A DNA stretch of 64,000 nt from Callorhinchus milii (taxonomy: Eukaryota). Location: the NCBI RefSeq assembly GCF_018977255.1, contig NW_024704742.1:3472001-3536000 (forward strand), read 5' to 3'. Each line of letters starts with the position of its first letter. Position 1 is the stretch's first letter. A program made the position numbers and the translations under genes. Below, one piece after another: positions 36,966 through 50,455 of the stretch. The notes beneath the pieces are model-generated. The model was not told the origin of the DNA. It searched no databases and worked only from the letters and a program-made list of their open reading frames with translations.

Positions 36966-38689
36966 GTAAACACTAATGGTCCTGAACTGCAAGAGCTTGA
37001 ACAATTTGTGCAATCGTAATATCAGTTATAAACATAAGTCAGCCATCACATGGCAACGGGGGTGAAGATTTGCAAATTGGTTTTGCTACGTGCAAAGGAG
37101 ATTTCTAAAATTGGATAGTTGCAAACGAGATAAATGGCTCATTACGGAAAAATAACACACACGTCTATTGCCAGTTAAACGTTTTGATACAATGAACCCC
37201 CCGAGGTATTGCATGCTATGCATTCCAGCCTCACTTCTCCTTCTTTCATGAACCATTTGCCAGCTGCCAATCATGGGGCCAAAAATATTCATATTCCCCA
37301 TAGTGCGGCGACCGATGAAAGAAGAGACAGTTGCCCGGGAACATTTCCCGTTGCCATTTTATGAGTTAAACGAAGCAAGCTGGAGAGCAAGCGCCTTGGG
37401 ACGCCCTCCCAACGTGAAAGGTGCTACAGAATAATAATAATAATAATAATAATTCTTGCATTTGGTACAACGCCTTATCACGTCTTCGAGACGCCTCAAA
37501 GCGCTTTCAGAATATACTGGGAGGTGGACTTGCTGCACATTTTGTGGGCGAAATGCTCACGCTATCTTGCATTGCATTGCGTTGCCACGCAGCCCACCGT
37601 GCTCGCTCCCCTTGCTGCTCTTGGCACGCTTTGTGCGGTGGGTGGGTGGGGGGGGTGGGGGGTGGTGCTGCTCCTGCTATTGCTTCTGATAAATACTGAC
37701 AAACTGCCCTGTTTTGTAACCGGAGACTTTTCGAGTTGGTGGTGGTGGTGGTGGTGGGGAGGCGAGGGGGGTTGGGGGGGTGGGAGGGGGGAAATGCAAC
37801 ACAGCTGCTCGAGGTCCTGTTCAGCGTCTGCCACAGCGATGATGTCACGGAAAGAAATGGATGGCACGTGAAGTGTGCCGAGCCGACACAATGCACCTTC
37901 TCAGGGTAAGGCTTCCCCTTCTCGATCCAGCTACAACACAGCGGCTTATTGTGCGTACGGCACATGCTCAGAAACAGAGGCGGCCAGGCTAAGCCCCCAG
38001 ATGACATCCCGGCTGATTGATATCCAGGGATTTTCTTGCGAATAACTGAGACTATTCAGAAGTAACAGGCTTGTGGGTCTTGAGGAATCTGCGCGGTAAA
38101 TAGCCCACAGAACTGAACGCCCTCTTGATTTTCCGAAGTGCACTGAAACCTCTTCACGTCGCGCGCTCAGTGGATGTTCCGTGAAAGGAACTCTCTTTAC
38201 GAGCCCAAGGAAAAAAGTCATCCTCTTTGAAGCTCGACTGGAACTCACCCTCTTTAAGAGCGTGAGGAAAATCTGAATATACGCATTGAAACGCACTTCG
38301 TACCATTCACTCATCGTACATGCCACCTATTGTCATGTTCGAATATATTTTCTTGGTAGATTCTACCATTACACTTCTGGGTAAAGACGTTTTTTTTCCA
38401 GATTGCTGCTCTAAATGTCCCTTTTTACGTAGTCACATTAACGTGCTTTCTTGGCTTTGACCGTTTAATACACGCTAAAGCTAATATAACATCTGCTTCG
38501 GTGCTGTGTTTCACACGTGTTGTCAAAAACGAGTCATTGGGATTACTGCTGAAAATAGAAACCTTTGTGCTGCATATTAAGGGATTTCCCATTACCAGGG
38601 CTTAGCAAAACAGTCACTATTTTTAGTGATCGGCAGAAGTTAAATCCCATCGATTGCCTCGATAATATTTCTTGTACGTTGGCCCTCCT

Positions 38690-39200
38690 TGGCCTGACTA
38701 CTTCATTTCTGGGAAACTGAAATCTCTCAAGATTATCACATTACAATTTCCTGCAGCCTTCCTTACTTACCTAAGCACCTCTCCATCTACCTATACAGCT
38801 TGACCTGGAGGTCAACATCAGTTGCCAATTACCATTTTGTTGCTCTTACTGTTACTAATTTCAACCCAGATTCCTTCAGTCATGTCTCCTGCTGTTGAGT
38901 CTGCTTCCCCAGCTCTAGCTAATTCCCATCCGCCATTCTCAGACATCCTCTTGTGACGACGATAATATTAATAGTTTTGCTGGTTGGACGTATCTCTGAT
39001 TTCCAACATTAATTCATTTTGCTTCCTCCGTTATTGTGAAACCTTCTGAGCTTGGTTTTCAATACAGCCCTTTTCATGTCTAGTTATTTTATTGAATCAT
39101 GTTTCCCCTTCCTCTTAACCCTGAACTATAACCTCTCTCCTCTCTTTCTGATCACCCATTAGGCCTCAATTCTTATCTACCTCTCCTCCCCCTAGCTTAA
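38690..39200 (-). mobile_element. Highly decayed CR1 LINE endonuclease (ORF2 N-terminal) fragment
   Basis: 38690-38885 translates EGIWVEISNSKSNKMVIGN*C*PPGQAV*VDGEVLR*VRKAAGNCNVIILRDFSFPEMK, matching the CR1 APE motifs ESIWVE / YRPP / IMGDFNFP. Upstream limit is approximate. Confidence 0.75.
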
Positions 39201-40065
39201 ATATACCCCATTTGCTTACACCTATGCCATATGTTCAGCTCTCCATCTGACATGTGTCGATCATCCTTTCTGACGTATCTTCTACCAGCTAGCTACAAAT
39301 TCTTGTCTCTTCCTGGATACAGCATTCACCTCCACAGTCCGGTATCTCCAAACGGCCATCATGTTAGGGAAGAAATGATCTGACAAAATTTTCAAATGTG
39401 TGCAAAACCAAATAAGACAGCGAGATTTTTTCCGCTGATTTTCATCACGTCAGCGCTCTACAGAAGCCTACGTTGAATTTGTCGATACTTAACTGTACAC
39501 TGGGCAATGCTTTGTTTCTGTGGAGGCTATTTCCACGGAGCTTGATGCCGGGGAGAAGGGGAGGTGACCGTAGGCGCGGTTGAAGAAGAAAAATCGGACT
39601 CATTCTGTCTCACCCTCCCGTTTTCAAGGCACGCCTCAAGACGTACCTGTTTGGACCGTGCTTTCGGTTATCTTTCCCCTCCCTCGCACACCTGCTTCGG
39701 GTGGCCATCCAGGACCGTGAAGCGCTTTGAGAATGCCTCCCCGGCGTGAAGGACACTGTGTCAAACGTAAATTGTATTTGCCGATATTTTTAGCCTGAAG
39801 CCATTCACAGGGGCTTGCTGCGTCTATCGACGTTTAAAAAAGGAAGTCTGTGACAAACATTCTCTGTGAAACTATTGGATCGCATCATGTGTTTTCTCCC
39901 GAGTGGTTGGGTTCACCTCGCAGAAACAGTATTGATATGCATTTCGTCCCAGCTGTCTCAACGGTATAGTTTTTCCAGATGTAACAAGAGTGTATTGGGG
40001 CTTGACAATTCCCCCTCCAATATCATCACTGAAAAGTTGGATTGCAAACTCTGCGATAGGTAGCT

Positions 40066-40475
40066 GTCAGCGTGCTTCAGTTGGTAGCACTCTGAATCAG
40101 AAGGATGCACATGCAAGCCCCATCCCAGGACGCTGAACTCGTAGGCGAGACTGAACCCGTACTCCAGTGCAGAACTGGGGGCGTGCTGCATAGTTGGCGG
40201 TGTTGTTCTTTGGAAGAGATGTTAAAACAAAGTCTCGCCTGCCTGTTTTGGTGAATGTTAACGACTCAGAAAGAGGAGGGAGTTTTCCCAGTGTCCTGGT
40301 CAGCAAACCTCCAGATGAAATTGATCATTTACTTCCTTGTGTTGGTGTGGCACATTGCTGTATTCAAATTGGCTGCCGTGAAATACAGTGACGACCACAA
40401 ATACAGTCACTGCCTTTCACAGAAAACTTTGCGTAGCACTTTTAGGTGTTATAGGCCAAGCGAAGGGATTATTAT
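40066..40475 (+). mobile_element. Deu-SINE family B, full length, decayed
   Basis: gtcagcgtgcttcagttggtagcactctgaatcagaagg...gtgtcctggtcagc...aaattggctgcc. Confidence 0.8.
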
Positions 40476-41939
40476 TTCTTGCAGGATGGCAGAAATATGA
40501 TTACAGCACCAAGCTCCCATGGGCCATTGCTATCCGAAGCTAGAATAAATAATAATAATCCTAACATCATGATGAATGAAAGAATGGCACAATCTGGGCA
40601 CGGAAGAGACATGTCATTCAGACCTGAAACACTACCTGCGAGTTTATCACCTTCGGTTTGCTGCTTTGTCATTGCGTCCTTTGTACAGCTCTCTCTGTGA
40701 CGTTCCCTCTACAGGTGCGCACTCAAAAGAGTGCACATTTGTCTTCATATGGTACACTGAACCCTGCAGCGTATGGAGCAATATGGATTACAATATACAG
40801 AGGGAATGTAACAACAACGCCATTCACATACGAAAACACTGTGGGCAGCAGCGCGGCAAGGTAAATACGACGGCAAGTCAGCCTTATGAATGGAGATATT
40901 GATCATACTCTGTACGGTCATCAATCTTGAGTCTTCTGGCTTTTCAGTGGCAGTAAGATTGTTTTTGCAGCCAATGAAAATCAACTTAACTTCAGGCGTT
41001 CCCTATTTCAAAACGAACAGAAGAGAGAGTAGCACTTGAAGCTCGAATTTTTTTTAAAAGAATGTTAGAACGGGTTCAGAAAATAACCGCAGAAGTGTGA
41101 CGTGAAACAGGGCGGAGAATATAATACAGCAACGGCGACGACGGCTTGAACTTATATAGCACCCTCCACGTAGGGTAGTGTCTCAGAGCTCTTAAGTAAT
41201 GACAGAGGTATGAAAGGGGGGCGGCGGGGGGGGGGGAGGGGGGAGTCAACACTGAAAATGTTGCTGACGATTTTAAAATATCGTTTTATTTTGGTTTCAC
41301 AATATTTTACAACTTGGGGGTTAATGTTGCAGTTACAAAGCTCTGGTTGAGCAGCTTTATTACTGTAACGAGCCATTTTATTCCCTGACGAGCTGAACAT
41401 GTACGGAATCGGGCACCCACATTGACCAGCAGTTTCCACAGACCTGTCGGGAGTACAAGGATCGATGGGATATCAGAACGCATTTCTGCCTCTACCGTAT
41501 CCCTGAAAGGAATAGATTTTTGGCTGAGGGCGTATTAAGAATGTAAATATACACGACGGCACACGGTTAAAATATCAAGCGATTCCCCGCATGACATACG
41601 GAAACATTTCAAAAACTGCACTGGTGAAACCCCATTTCTTTTTTTTTGTTTTAAAAAAAAGTGGGGGTTGACCAGCCTGTTCCCACTTCGAATCAAAATC
41701 GAGAGATTGGAAAACAATTCGGGAATTGCAGAAACTTAAACTGGGAGAGAAACGAGGCGAGGTGGATCTGCAACAACAAAGTACATCTGTATAGCGCTTT
41801 TCGAGTCAAAGCGCTGGGTTACCAATTAACGGCAACAGATACCTCAGAAAGCAGGACTTGCAGCTACCCACTAAATTCGAGCTCTGTCTACGGATAACCA
41901 GCTCCATTATTCTGCTATTGATTGTGTACGTGCGGAGAT

Positions 41940-42235
41940 ATCAGCCTGCCTCAATTAGCAACACTCTCGCATCGGACTCAGAAGGTTCAAGTCCCGTCAC
42001 GTTGGGATTTTGAGCTCGTGGTATAAGGCTGACTCTACAATGCGGTGCTGAGGGACAGCTGCTTTGTGGGAGGTGGCGCGCTTCGAATGAATCGTGAAAC
42101 CTGGATCCCGTCTGCCCGTGCATTTACTTCATGGCTGTTTGTGGGACCTTGTTGGGTGCCAACTGGCTGCCGTGTTCGCCTAGAAAATAGGCTTTGCAGA
42201 AAAGTCTGTCGAGCACTTTGACGTGATAAGGCACA
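41940..42235 (+). mobile_element. Deu-SINE family B with internal deletion
   Basis: tcagcctgcctca...tcagaaggttcaagtccc...atggctgtttgtgggacc. Confidence 0.75.
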
Positions 42236-42385
42236 TCGTGGAGTCCCGTAGCCTGGTGGTTAGCGCACTCAATCTCATTCGTGCCACAATGGTTCTGAAG
42301 GTTTTCTTGACAGCTACAATGGTTTATCGACTGCGTTCCCATAAGGCGCGTACAGTGCAAGAGATACAATCCGCAGTGCAGCATG

Positions 42386-42460
42386 ACAACAACAACAACA
42401 ACAACAAAATTACATTTACAGAGTGCCTTTCACATCGGGAGGACGTCCCAAGGCGCTGTA
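42386..42460 (-). mobile_element. L2 extreme 3' end
   Basis: (AAC)n...tttcacatcgggaggacgtcccaaggcgct. Confidence 0.8.
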
Positions 42461-45400
42461 AGCTCCCATGAGCTGGGGTTCCGCATTCAGAGAAGGCAAT
42501 CTAACTGCTTTATAGGAAAATTACTGTGCTTTATGGCCAATGCTGCTCATGGCAATGGCGAAGTGGAATGGACCCACACTGATGTACTTGTTCTGGTTCT
42601 GTCGCCCTCTCTGTAAGTCGTTTTTTTTTTCAACCCCAGTAATCTTTTAGTCACAACTGAATCCAGATGTCCTTGGTGGGTATGTGGTACCATTGCAAAA
42701 AAATGTACTGGCACAAAGCAAGCAAAGGAAAGCCAATTAGTCTAGCCAGGCTAGGGTCTGGGGGAACCTCAAGGGATGACCCCAACTAGCAATAAATGAG
42801 CTTCAAATCTGTTTGACATCCACTAGGAGTTCACCCCAGAAAGTCCTTGTTTTAAGCCAAGTCCCCACAATCTAATGCATGGTTTGCACCATTTGCCTTT
42901 CCTCCAACAGCCTGTCAGACCCACAGGGTTTGAGCTACGGGCAATGATGTATTTTGGCTTCCCCTTCTCACAGCTGTCCAGTTCTCTGGGATACTAAGAG
43001 CAAAAAAGTAGAAAAAAATAAACCTTCTGGCCCAGGAATTACTAACCCAAAAGCCAGGAAGACATCACATTTCACCAGGGACATTGGGAATTCAACTCGT
43101 ATTCTAGGCTTACATTGCAGACCAGGACTAGGGGAGCACTGTATTGTCAGAAGTGCCATTTAACTCTTCAATACAGTAAACCAGGAGCCCGTCTGCCTGT
43201 TCCTGTGGATGTTAAAGATTATGTGCCACCGTACAAAAAGGGAAGGGAGCTTCTCCTCGTTCCTCCTGGCTAATTGGAGTCTGGATCAATTAGTCATTCA
43301 CCGCATGACAACAAAATTGCCTGTGACGTGCTCTGAGATGTTTAGACATAATAAAGTGCAATAAAAATCCAAGTTTTTTCTATTCAAGGGAATTATAGTT
43401 AGTAGTTGTTTAAGCCCTCTAAGCCATTCTCCTACATGAAGGACGCTATATAAAGGCAAGTTGTGTTTGTCGTAAAACAAATGTCTTGCACTGGCAGAGT
43501 TGCACCTGACGAAAGCACACAGGGCATTTTATCAGTAGGTTTTAATCGCTCATATCCTTTGAAATCCCAGGCTAAGAAGATATTGGCAGCATGACGAGAA
43601 AGACAAGAAAGAGTGGAGGAGATGGCCAGAAGGTTTATTTATTTCATGTCAATAGCATGATAGATGCTATTCCTCCCTGAGGACAGAATGGGAATTGCTC
43701 AACTTGTCAGGTTCATCTATGGGAAAATAGTCATCCCAATCTCAGCCCCTGTGTAATTGATGTGTTTCTTTTAGCCAAATATTACGGCAATGGTCCCATT
43801 TTCCTTGCACATGATGTATTTCAACTCTAATGAGTACATGGGTAAGCTCAATGGGGAAACCAGCGGGGAATGTCAGATCATGACCTGGGAATGCTCTTGT
43901 TGTTACAGAAAAAGGGATTGACCACTCACATCTCCACAAACTCAGTATCGACAAATTACTGTAATCTAAAGCAAATGTGCTAAGAGGGAAACTTTAACTA
44001 TCAGCTAGACGTCACATAACAGTACTGTTGTCCACAGGGGATACCCAAGCCTTCAAGTACATAAAGAATGATTGTCCGATGTACAGCGACAACAACAAAC
44101 TTACGTTTATATAGCATCGTTCCAACAACACCAACAATAACAACTTGCAATTATATGGCACCCTTCACGCTGGGTAGCGTTTGACAATGGCGGAATCTGA
44201 CCTTTCACTTTAGGATGACATCCCAAAGCTCTGGACAGTCCAGGATTTGCCAGGTGGGCGTGAATGCTGAGGGGGGAGGGGGGGGAATGAGGGCTGAGGA
44301 GGGCAGAGGGAGAGATGACCGAAGATGCGGTCAAAGAGGAAGGTCTTGAGACAGACCTCGAAGGAGCCAAGGGAATGTGCGAGTCGCAAGAGCTCCAGCT
44401 AGGAGTTCCAGAGACAGATAGGCTAAAAGCCTGACTGTTGAGTGTGAGTCGGGGAGGGCAAGTTAATCCCAACAAAATGTGCTGAGAGAAAAACTTTAAC
44501 CATCAGCTCGGTATCGCATTCCCCTGGGCGCAGGGAGACAAGACACAAGTCCTCAAACAAAGATGTAAGTTTAAGTCTGAAATGATCCTCTCTGTGGGCT
44601 CACCGAGACGCTAAGATTTCACAGTCACGTGAGCCAAAGATGACCAGAGAGGCTGGGAGAGTCTATGGTGATAGACTCGAAGGAGTGCAAGCTGTTTCTT
44701 TGGCAGAGTTCAGCTCTCAAAGGGGAAACCTGTGATTTGGGTTCTTGACTGTTGCAATCACGCTGTGTTGCCCTTCACAAAAGGGCAAAGAAAATCAGTA
44801 CCAACCCAAGGAATTGAGAAACAAATAAAAGCAAATGAAGCTGCCCAGTGCAGCTCCAATAGATAGGTGCTCCCACGTTTGGGAAAGAAGACCCAAGGTA
44901 CCTTAGCTATGTAAATCCCTTTTATGTCCTACAGCTTAACGGTACCAGGATCCTTGACATTAACCTGTGAGACAATACACAATGTTGTTTTTCATATAAA
45001 CTTAAAAGTAAGATAAACACAGCTGCTGGAGAGATACTGTTACATAGAGGCTCTCTCAAACTGAATGGGCTCAGAGTAACAGCAGCCCTTTCATTGTAAG
45101 TGAGAGACGTAGAGCTTCCCACGATCTTCTGCCCAAACGAGAGGCTGGCTCAATGGCTGGCTCACAACCCCAGCCAAAACATTCAACTCGTTCTGTGGGT
45201 GAGCGACTTCTTTGGAACAGAAAGCACGTCTTTAAGTTGGCTCTGGATTTATTGAGACGCCGTGGCATTTGATGGCTAAACATTATTTGGCTTACTAAAC
45301 TCACGACTTGAGATCATTTGATCTCGTTTGAACGCTTTGAGATGTCCGTTCCTGCCGAAGTGAAAGGCGCTGCTATGTAAATGCAAACTGTGTTGTGTTG

Positions 45401-46894
45401 GATTTCTTGTGAGCGGCAACGTGCGAACCAATTAAATCAGCAGCCAAATAACAGATCGGGTAGATTGTCGCCATCTTTTGTGCTGCAGAATGAGCTCAAA
45501 TCTCACTGGCCTGAAAATGCTGGTGCTGGGGACTTGGCTGTGTTTCGTTTGCAGGTAGAATCACGGCGGTAACGCTAAGGCAATCCCGCGAGCCAACGCG
45601 CGCATCCAAATTTGGGCTGCATCAGGGAAATCCTTGCGGGCAAACATTGATGGTTTGTTGGGGCAAGGTGAGAGCTCAGCGCACCTGCTGACCACCAGGA
45701 CACCTGGGTTACAAGTGTTGCAAGAGGTATCTTCACCGCGTTACCTCGCGCTGAAAATCTCCAGAGAAGCAGTAGCCCCACTGCGTCACCTGCGACGTGG
45801 CACTTCCAGAGCAGACAACAGCAACAGTACTACATAGTGAAGAGTGGCGCTGTGTTAGGCTGTGTCCTGCTCACCTCGACCATCCCTTCTCCCCACATGA
45901 ATCACGCTCAATCCTACGGGTCAGCACTTGACTTCCTCTCTGATGGACTGTGAACCATTGTGTGGTTCGTGAGGTAAGTTAGGCCAATCTTAGGCCATCT
46001 ACACACACCGCGGCACACCCAATGGCGCCCAGCGACGTTTCTATTTTCCCAGGCTGAGGCAGCACCAGCTTTCTACGTTGTACACTCCTTTATTGAGGTT
46101 GGCAGTGGGTCGGTGGGAACCCAGACAGCATTGTTCTTGTTGATATTATCTGTTGAATCAGAACAAAGCACTGTGTAGCTCAACACTGCTGAGCTTGTGC
46201 AAGAACGTACTGTGGGTTTAAGACTCCGAGCTAACAGGAAACAACCATTACAAGACTGGAGCGCGGAAGGTAAGCAGTGGTCCTTGACGAAGAGGGTGCC
46301 CAGGGCCTTTCAGCTGTGTTTGGGCGCGACTGCTGTTTAGTTTGGAGGGAGGGGAGGGGGATGGTGGGGGTAGAATGTCAAACCATATTATGACCACGTC
46401 ACTCAAAATAAGATACGCAATCATTATGGGAACACTGCAATTCTGACTTCATAAGTAGTTTGTGCAAACTGCTCAACAATGGCACGCGAATGTTTAAGAC
46501 GTATCAGATTCTTTTTTGAAAAAAACGTAGTACATAAAGTGCGGAAGGTGAAAAGGCCATTTAGCCCTTCGTGGATGGATCTCTCCTAACGACAGACTCC
46601 GCAAGAACTGACCCCTGCCTGGACTTCACACCGATCTCATCTTGCCACAGAACATTCAGCAAAAGAAATACTTTCCTAATCTCCAGGATATCGATCCATC
46701 TCCACAACTCATTCACCGCAGGCAGCTCTCTACTCTCCCCACACCCCAACCTTAGACCCCGTTGACTGTCCCAGCAACTGCACCTATATATCCGTTTACG
46801 TGCAATCCCAAGGACAATGAAACAGGCAAGTAATATAAAGCAGGTCACCTTTGCACAACGTCTATTATTTATATGAAAGGCATTAATCTTACCT

Positions 46895-46896
46895 GC

Positions 46897-46929
<33 letters not shown>

Positions 46930-46940
46930 TATATATATCG
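46895..46940. repeat. (TA)n(GA)n microsatellite
   Basis: Seen directly. Confidence 0.95.
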
Positions 46941-47685
46941 GTCTTCAGATCTGAACAGACAAAATCAGCTTTTTCTCGTGGAGCTCAGAGCCAGTTTCAG
47001 TCACTTTGGCGTCTGCAAAACGAAAGATACACAGAAAAATATAAATAGAAAGTCCGGGCTTGAGATTGCATCAGTTACTGCAAGTAATCATGGCCTTCGC
47101 TGGTTCCTCACATTTTTCCCAACAATGCTGGTCACCTCGCTGGGAGGTGTGCCAACAACAACTTGCCCACAGGTACAACAGGGCCCGGTATGAATCACCA
47201 GCATTGTTCAGCGATTGTGAAAGGTTATTGTGTACACATCGTTTTCTTTGCACTCAGGGTAAACCTTAAATATCTATAGCATTGATCCATGACAACAGGA
47301 CCATGCACCAGTGGCACTGATTAATGAAGCAGTGCGCTGTTACCTAAGGTGACCGTGAAGGATTCGCTAAGTTCTGCGCTGGATCAAGAGGCAGGCGCGG
47401 GTTTGCTCGGTCGCTCAAAGAGCCCTCTCTGATTTTGCATTTCAAGGCGAGACCCTTTTTTTTTAAAAAACTCAATTAAACCGGAGAAGTCTGTTTCATT
47501 CCGCGTTTCAATTGATGGTAAGTTGGGGTTTTGCTCTTCCTGCTCTGCTTGTTCAACGGTAACTCGGACTTATGCGGTTCGGGCGACGCAGACAGTTTGA
47601 AAGGTAACGTGCCGAAGATACACGGAAAGGCACAATGAGCAGTAACATAAATAACAATGTTGTTGCTTATTGTGACTGCAGCTCA

Positions 47686-48002
47686 GTGCTGTAGCTCAGT
47701 GGTTAAGAGCACTCGCCTCGCAAGCGAGAGACCTGGATTTGATTCCTGGCAGGGCGACATCTTGGGCTCACTCCACATGCCTGATAATAATCCCTCAAGG
47801 AAAAAACAAACAAAAAAAAACCCAATAATAATTCGGTCATTCACTCCACAACTGTTTGTGGGGACGCTGCTGTGCGCAATTGGCTGCTACATTTCGCCCA
47901 CAACATATACACTCGACTCACTTTGCAGTATATTCTGTGAAGTGCTTTGAGAGGTCTCGAAGACGTGAAAAGCACTATATCAAATGCAAGGATTATTATT
48001 AT
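47686..48002 (+). mobile_element. SINE family A, intermediate form (short CORE, older-type tail)
   Basis: ctgtagctcagtggttaagagc head; ctccacatgcctgataataatccc; tail gtctcgaagacgtg. Confidence 0.85.
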
Positions 48003-49559
48003 GATATAACCCACCAGCCTATTCCCTCCGCTCACACACTGGGTTTGATTCAGGCCCCCCTGAAGGGCAGTTTTCATTGCAACTGAAGACTGTAAAATAA
48101 TCCAATGAAAAGTTTACTAGGCAGAGTTTACCATCCACCAACTGCAAATTGGCTTTAAAATAAACTTGTAATAAAGATGTCGTAATCTTTAATCCTACAG
48201 GTGTGAATACTAGCATCAATCACCCAGGGCCGTAGAACGCACTAAAACCAAGTGGAATCTAAACTTTTTAAATTATATTATACAGCACACATTGCAGCAG
48301 TTTCAAAGCAGAAATCAGGGCTTGGGATTTAGATTATTGCTGTGGAGTGCCTGAACTTCACACTCAATATACATCATCTGAACCTTAGAGCGTTACAATG
48401 CCTTCCTAAGTCTCCACGCTTCCCCGCTGAATCTAATATCTCTTTTAAATTTAAGACTAAACTAAACCGTGCAGCAGAATGACAGCCACTGACAGAGAGA
48501 GAGTCCGTAGTGTCGGGGCGTAGAGGCTGAAAGCACGGCCGCTGATGGTGGATTGTAGGGGAAGCGGATTTGGGATCGGTTTAACGTATCATCTCGAGAG
48601 CAGCAAGTCGACAATGCAACACATCCCCACGCGGTGTTGGAGGGTCAGCCTGGACTGTACGAGTGCCGGGTCCCAATGTGGGGCTTGAACCCGTGTCCTT
48701 GTGACTCCAGAGGGAACAGTGCAACCAAGTGAGCCCAGGCTAACACACAATGTAATGGCTTTGAGCAGTGTACGTTGCGAGAGGCCTGAATACAATCCCT
48801 TCTGTATGAGGGTGCCCTTGGGGGCCTTTTTCTGTTCAGTATTATTATTAATATTGTTATTGTTAGTCAGTGACTGTCGGCAGGGTGGGGAGATTATGTT
48901 CAGTCTCCAGCTGAGCTATGTGGTCAAAGGACCCAAGGATTAGCAGAGCTGCTGAACACTGACTCTTAGTTCTACAAAGTCAACTTCATCAGTGGAAATT
49001 CTGTGGTGCCAACATACTTGCAGAGCCTCGAGTGACAAAACATTGTATTTACTAAATGGTAAGCGTTCAAGAGAGCACGGCTAAAACGGCGGCTCAGCTT
49101 GTAGCCTTGAAGCCGGAGCTTTTGAAGTGCGTGAAAGGCAGCTTCGACTGTAACCATCTGCTTGCCAATCTCACCTCCATCTGCGTTACAACACTCCTTC
49201 CGGATGTTACTTCATCTTCCCGCTCAGTCGGAGAATGCGCTCCTGTGAGAAATGCTGGTGGTTCGGGGGGAGGGCAAAGAGCGACCTTGGTTTCAATCAC
49301 CGTATCTTTCAGCCGGGATGCTTTCAGCACGAATAGGCCAGCCAGTCTTATTAGCAACCCTCTCTGTGCGGTCAAGCATGCTTTGCATGCAAGCTGATTT
49401 CCTTCCATGAAACAGATAACTCTCGCAAACTCTATATCCCACAAAGACGTTAAGCCTTGGGGCCAGAATTAAATATAATTCCTTAACCGTAAGGAGTAAG
49501 TTAAAATATTTCCATTGAAGCTTCAGCATATCAGAACCTCATTCTTTTTCAATGCCCTT

Positions 49560-49962
49560 GTCAGTCTGGCTCAGTTAGCATCGCTCTTGCCTCGGAGTCA
49601 GATTTCTGCGGATTTAAGCCCCACGTCAGGAGACTTTGAACACAGATTCCAGGCTGAACCTGCAACACAGTGCTGTGGGAGAGCTACATTGAGGTCCCAT
49701 CTTCCTTTTCAGATGGACGTCCAAGATCCCATGGCACTACTCATGAAGAGGAGTTTCTCCTGGCGTCCTACCCAACAATCCCCCCAGACAAATTTGGTCA
49801 ATCATTTCATGGCTGTTTGTTTGTTTGTTTGTTTGTTTGTTTTCGTCCACAAACTAGACAGTCAATTCACTTTACAATATATTCTCTGGAGCGCTTTGAG
49901 ACGTCTCGAAGACGTGTTTGGACACCATATCAAACGCAAAGATTATAAGGATTATTATTATA
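49560..49962 (+). mobile_element. Deu-SINE family B, near full length
   Basis: gtcagtctggctcagttagcatcgctc...gatcccatggcactac...agcgctttgagacgtctcgaagacgtg. Confidence 0.8.
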
Positions 49963-50247
49963 TCGCTGGGTGCAAAATTCGCTGCCACTTTCACCTGCAA
50001 AACACACAGTCAAAATTCACAATCCTATAAAGCATTTTGAGACTTCCTCTCCCTTGTAACCTACAGATCGTAAACGGTACAACTCCAGATTCTAACCAAA
50101 GATGATTGCAGACTACTACTGTATCACACGTGAGAAATTGCTCTCGGCGCAAAGTACAGTGACTACGACTGTAGCACAGCCTGTGAGGTTGGTTTATTGG
50201 GCACCACTTGTAAATTCATGTGTACAGGCGAATCACAGCTGCCTTTA

Positions 50248-50455
50248 AATAATAATAATAATCCTCGCATTTGATATAGCGCTTTTCACGTCAGGAGGAC
50301 GTCCCAAAGCACTTCACAGAACGCACTGTAAAGTGAATTGACTGTATATTTGTGGGCGAACGCGGCAGCCAATTGCGCACAGCAATGTCCCACCAACGGT
50401 CGTGGATTGAAAATGACCAATTTATTATTGTTTTTGGTTTTGGAGGGATTATTAT
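50248..50455 (-). mobile_element. Young SINE family A, 5'-truncated
   Basis: Near-identical to 945-1150. Confidence 0.9.

Noticed and set aside
46020-46080. tggcgccca PBS-like motif and nearby minus-strand AATAAA suggesting an LTR
   Set aside because: Short match only, the two signals are on opposite strands, and no paired LTR or gag/pol was seen.
50111-50178. Two 18-nt imperfect direct repeats with a 32-nt spacer (CRISPR-like spacing)
   Set aside because: Only two degenerate units, vertebrate context, no cas genes.
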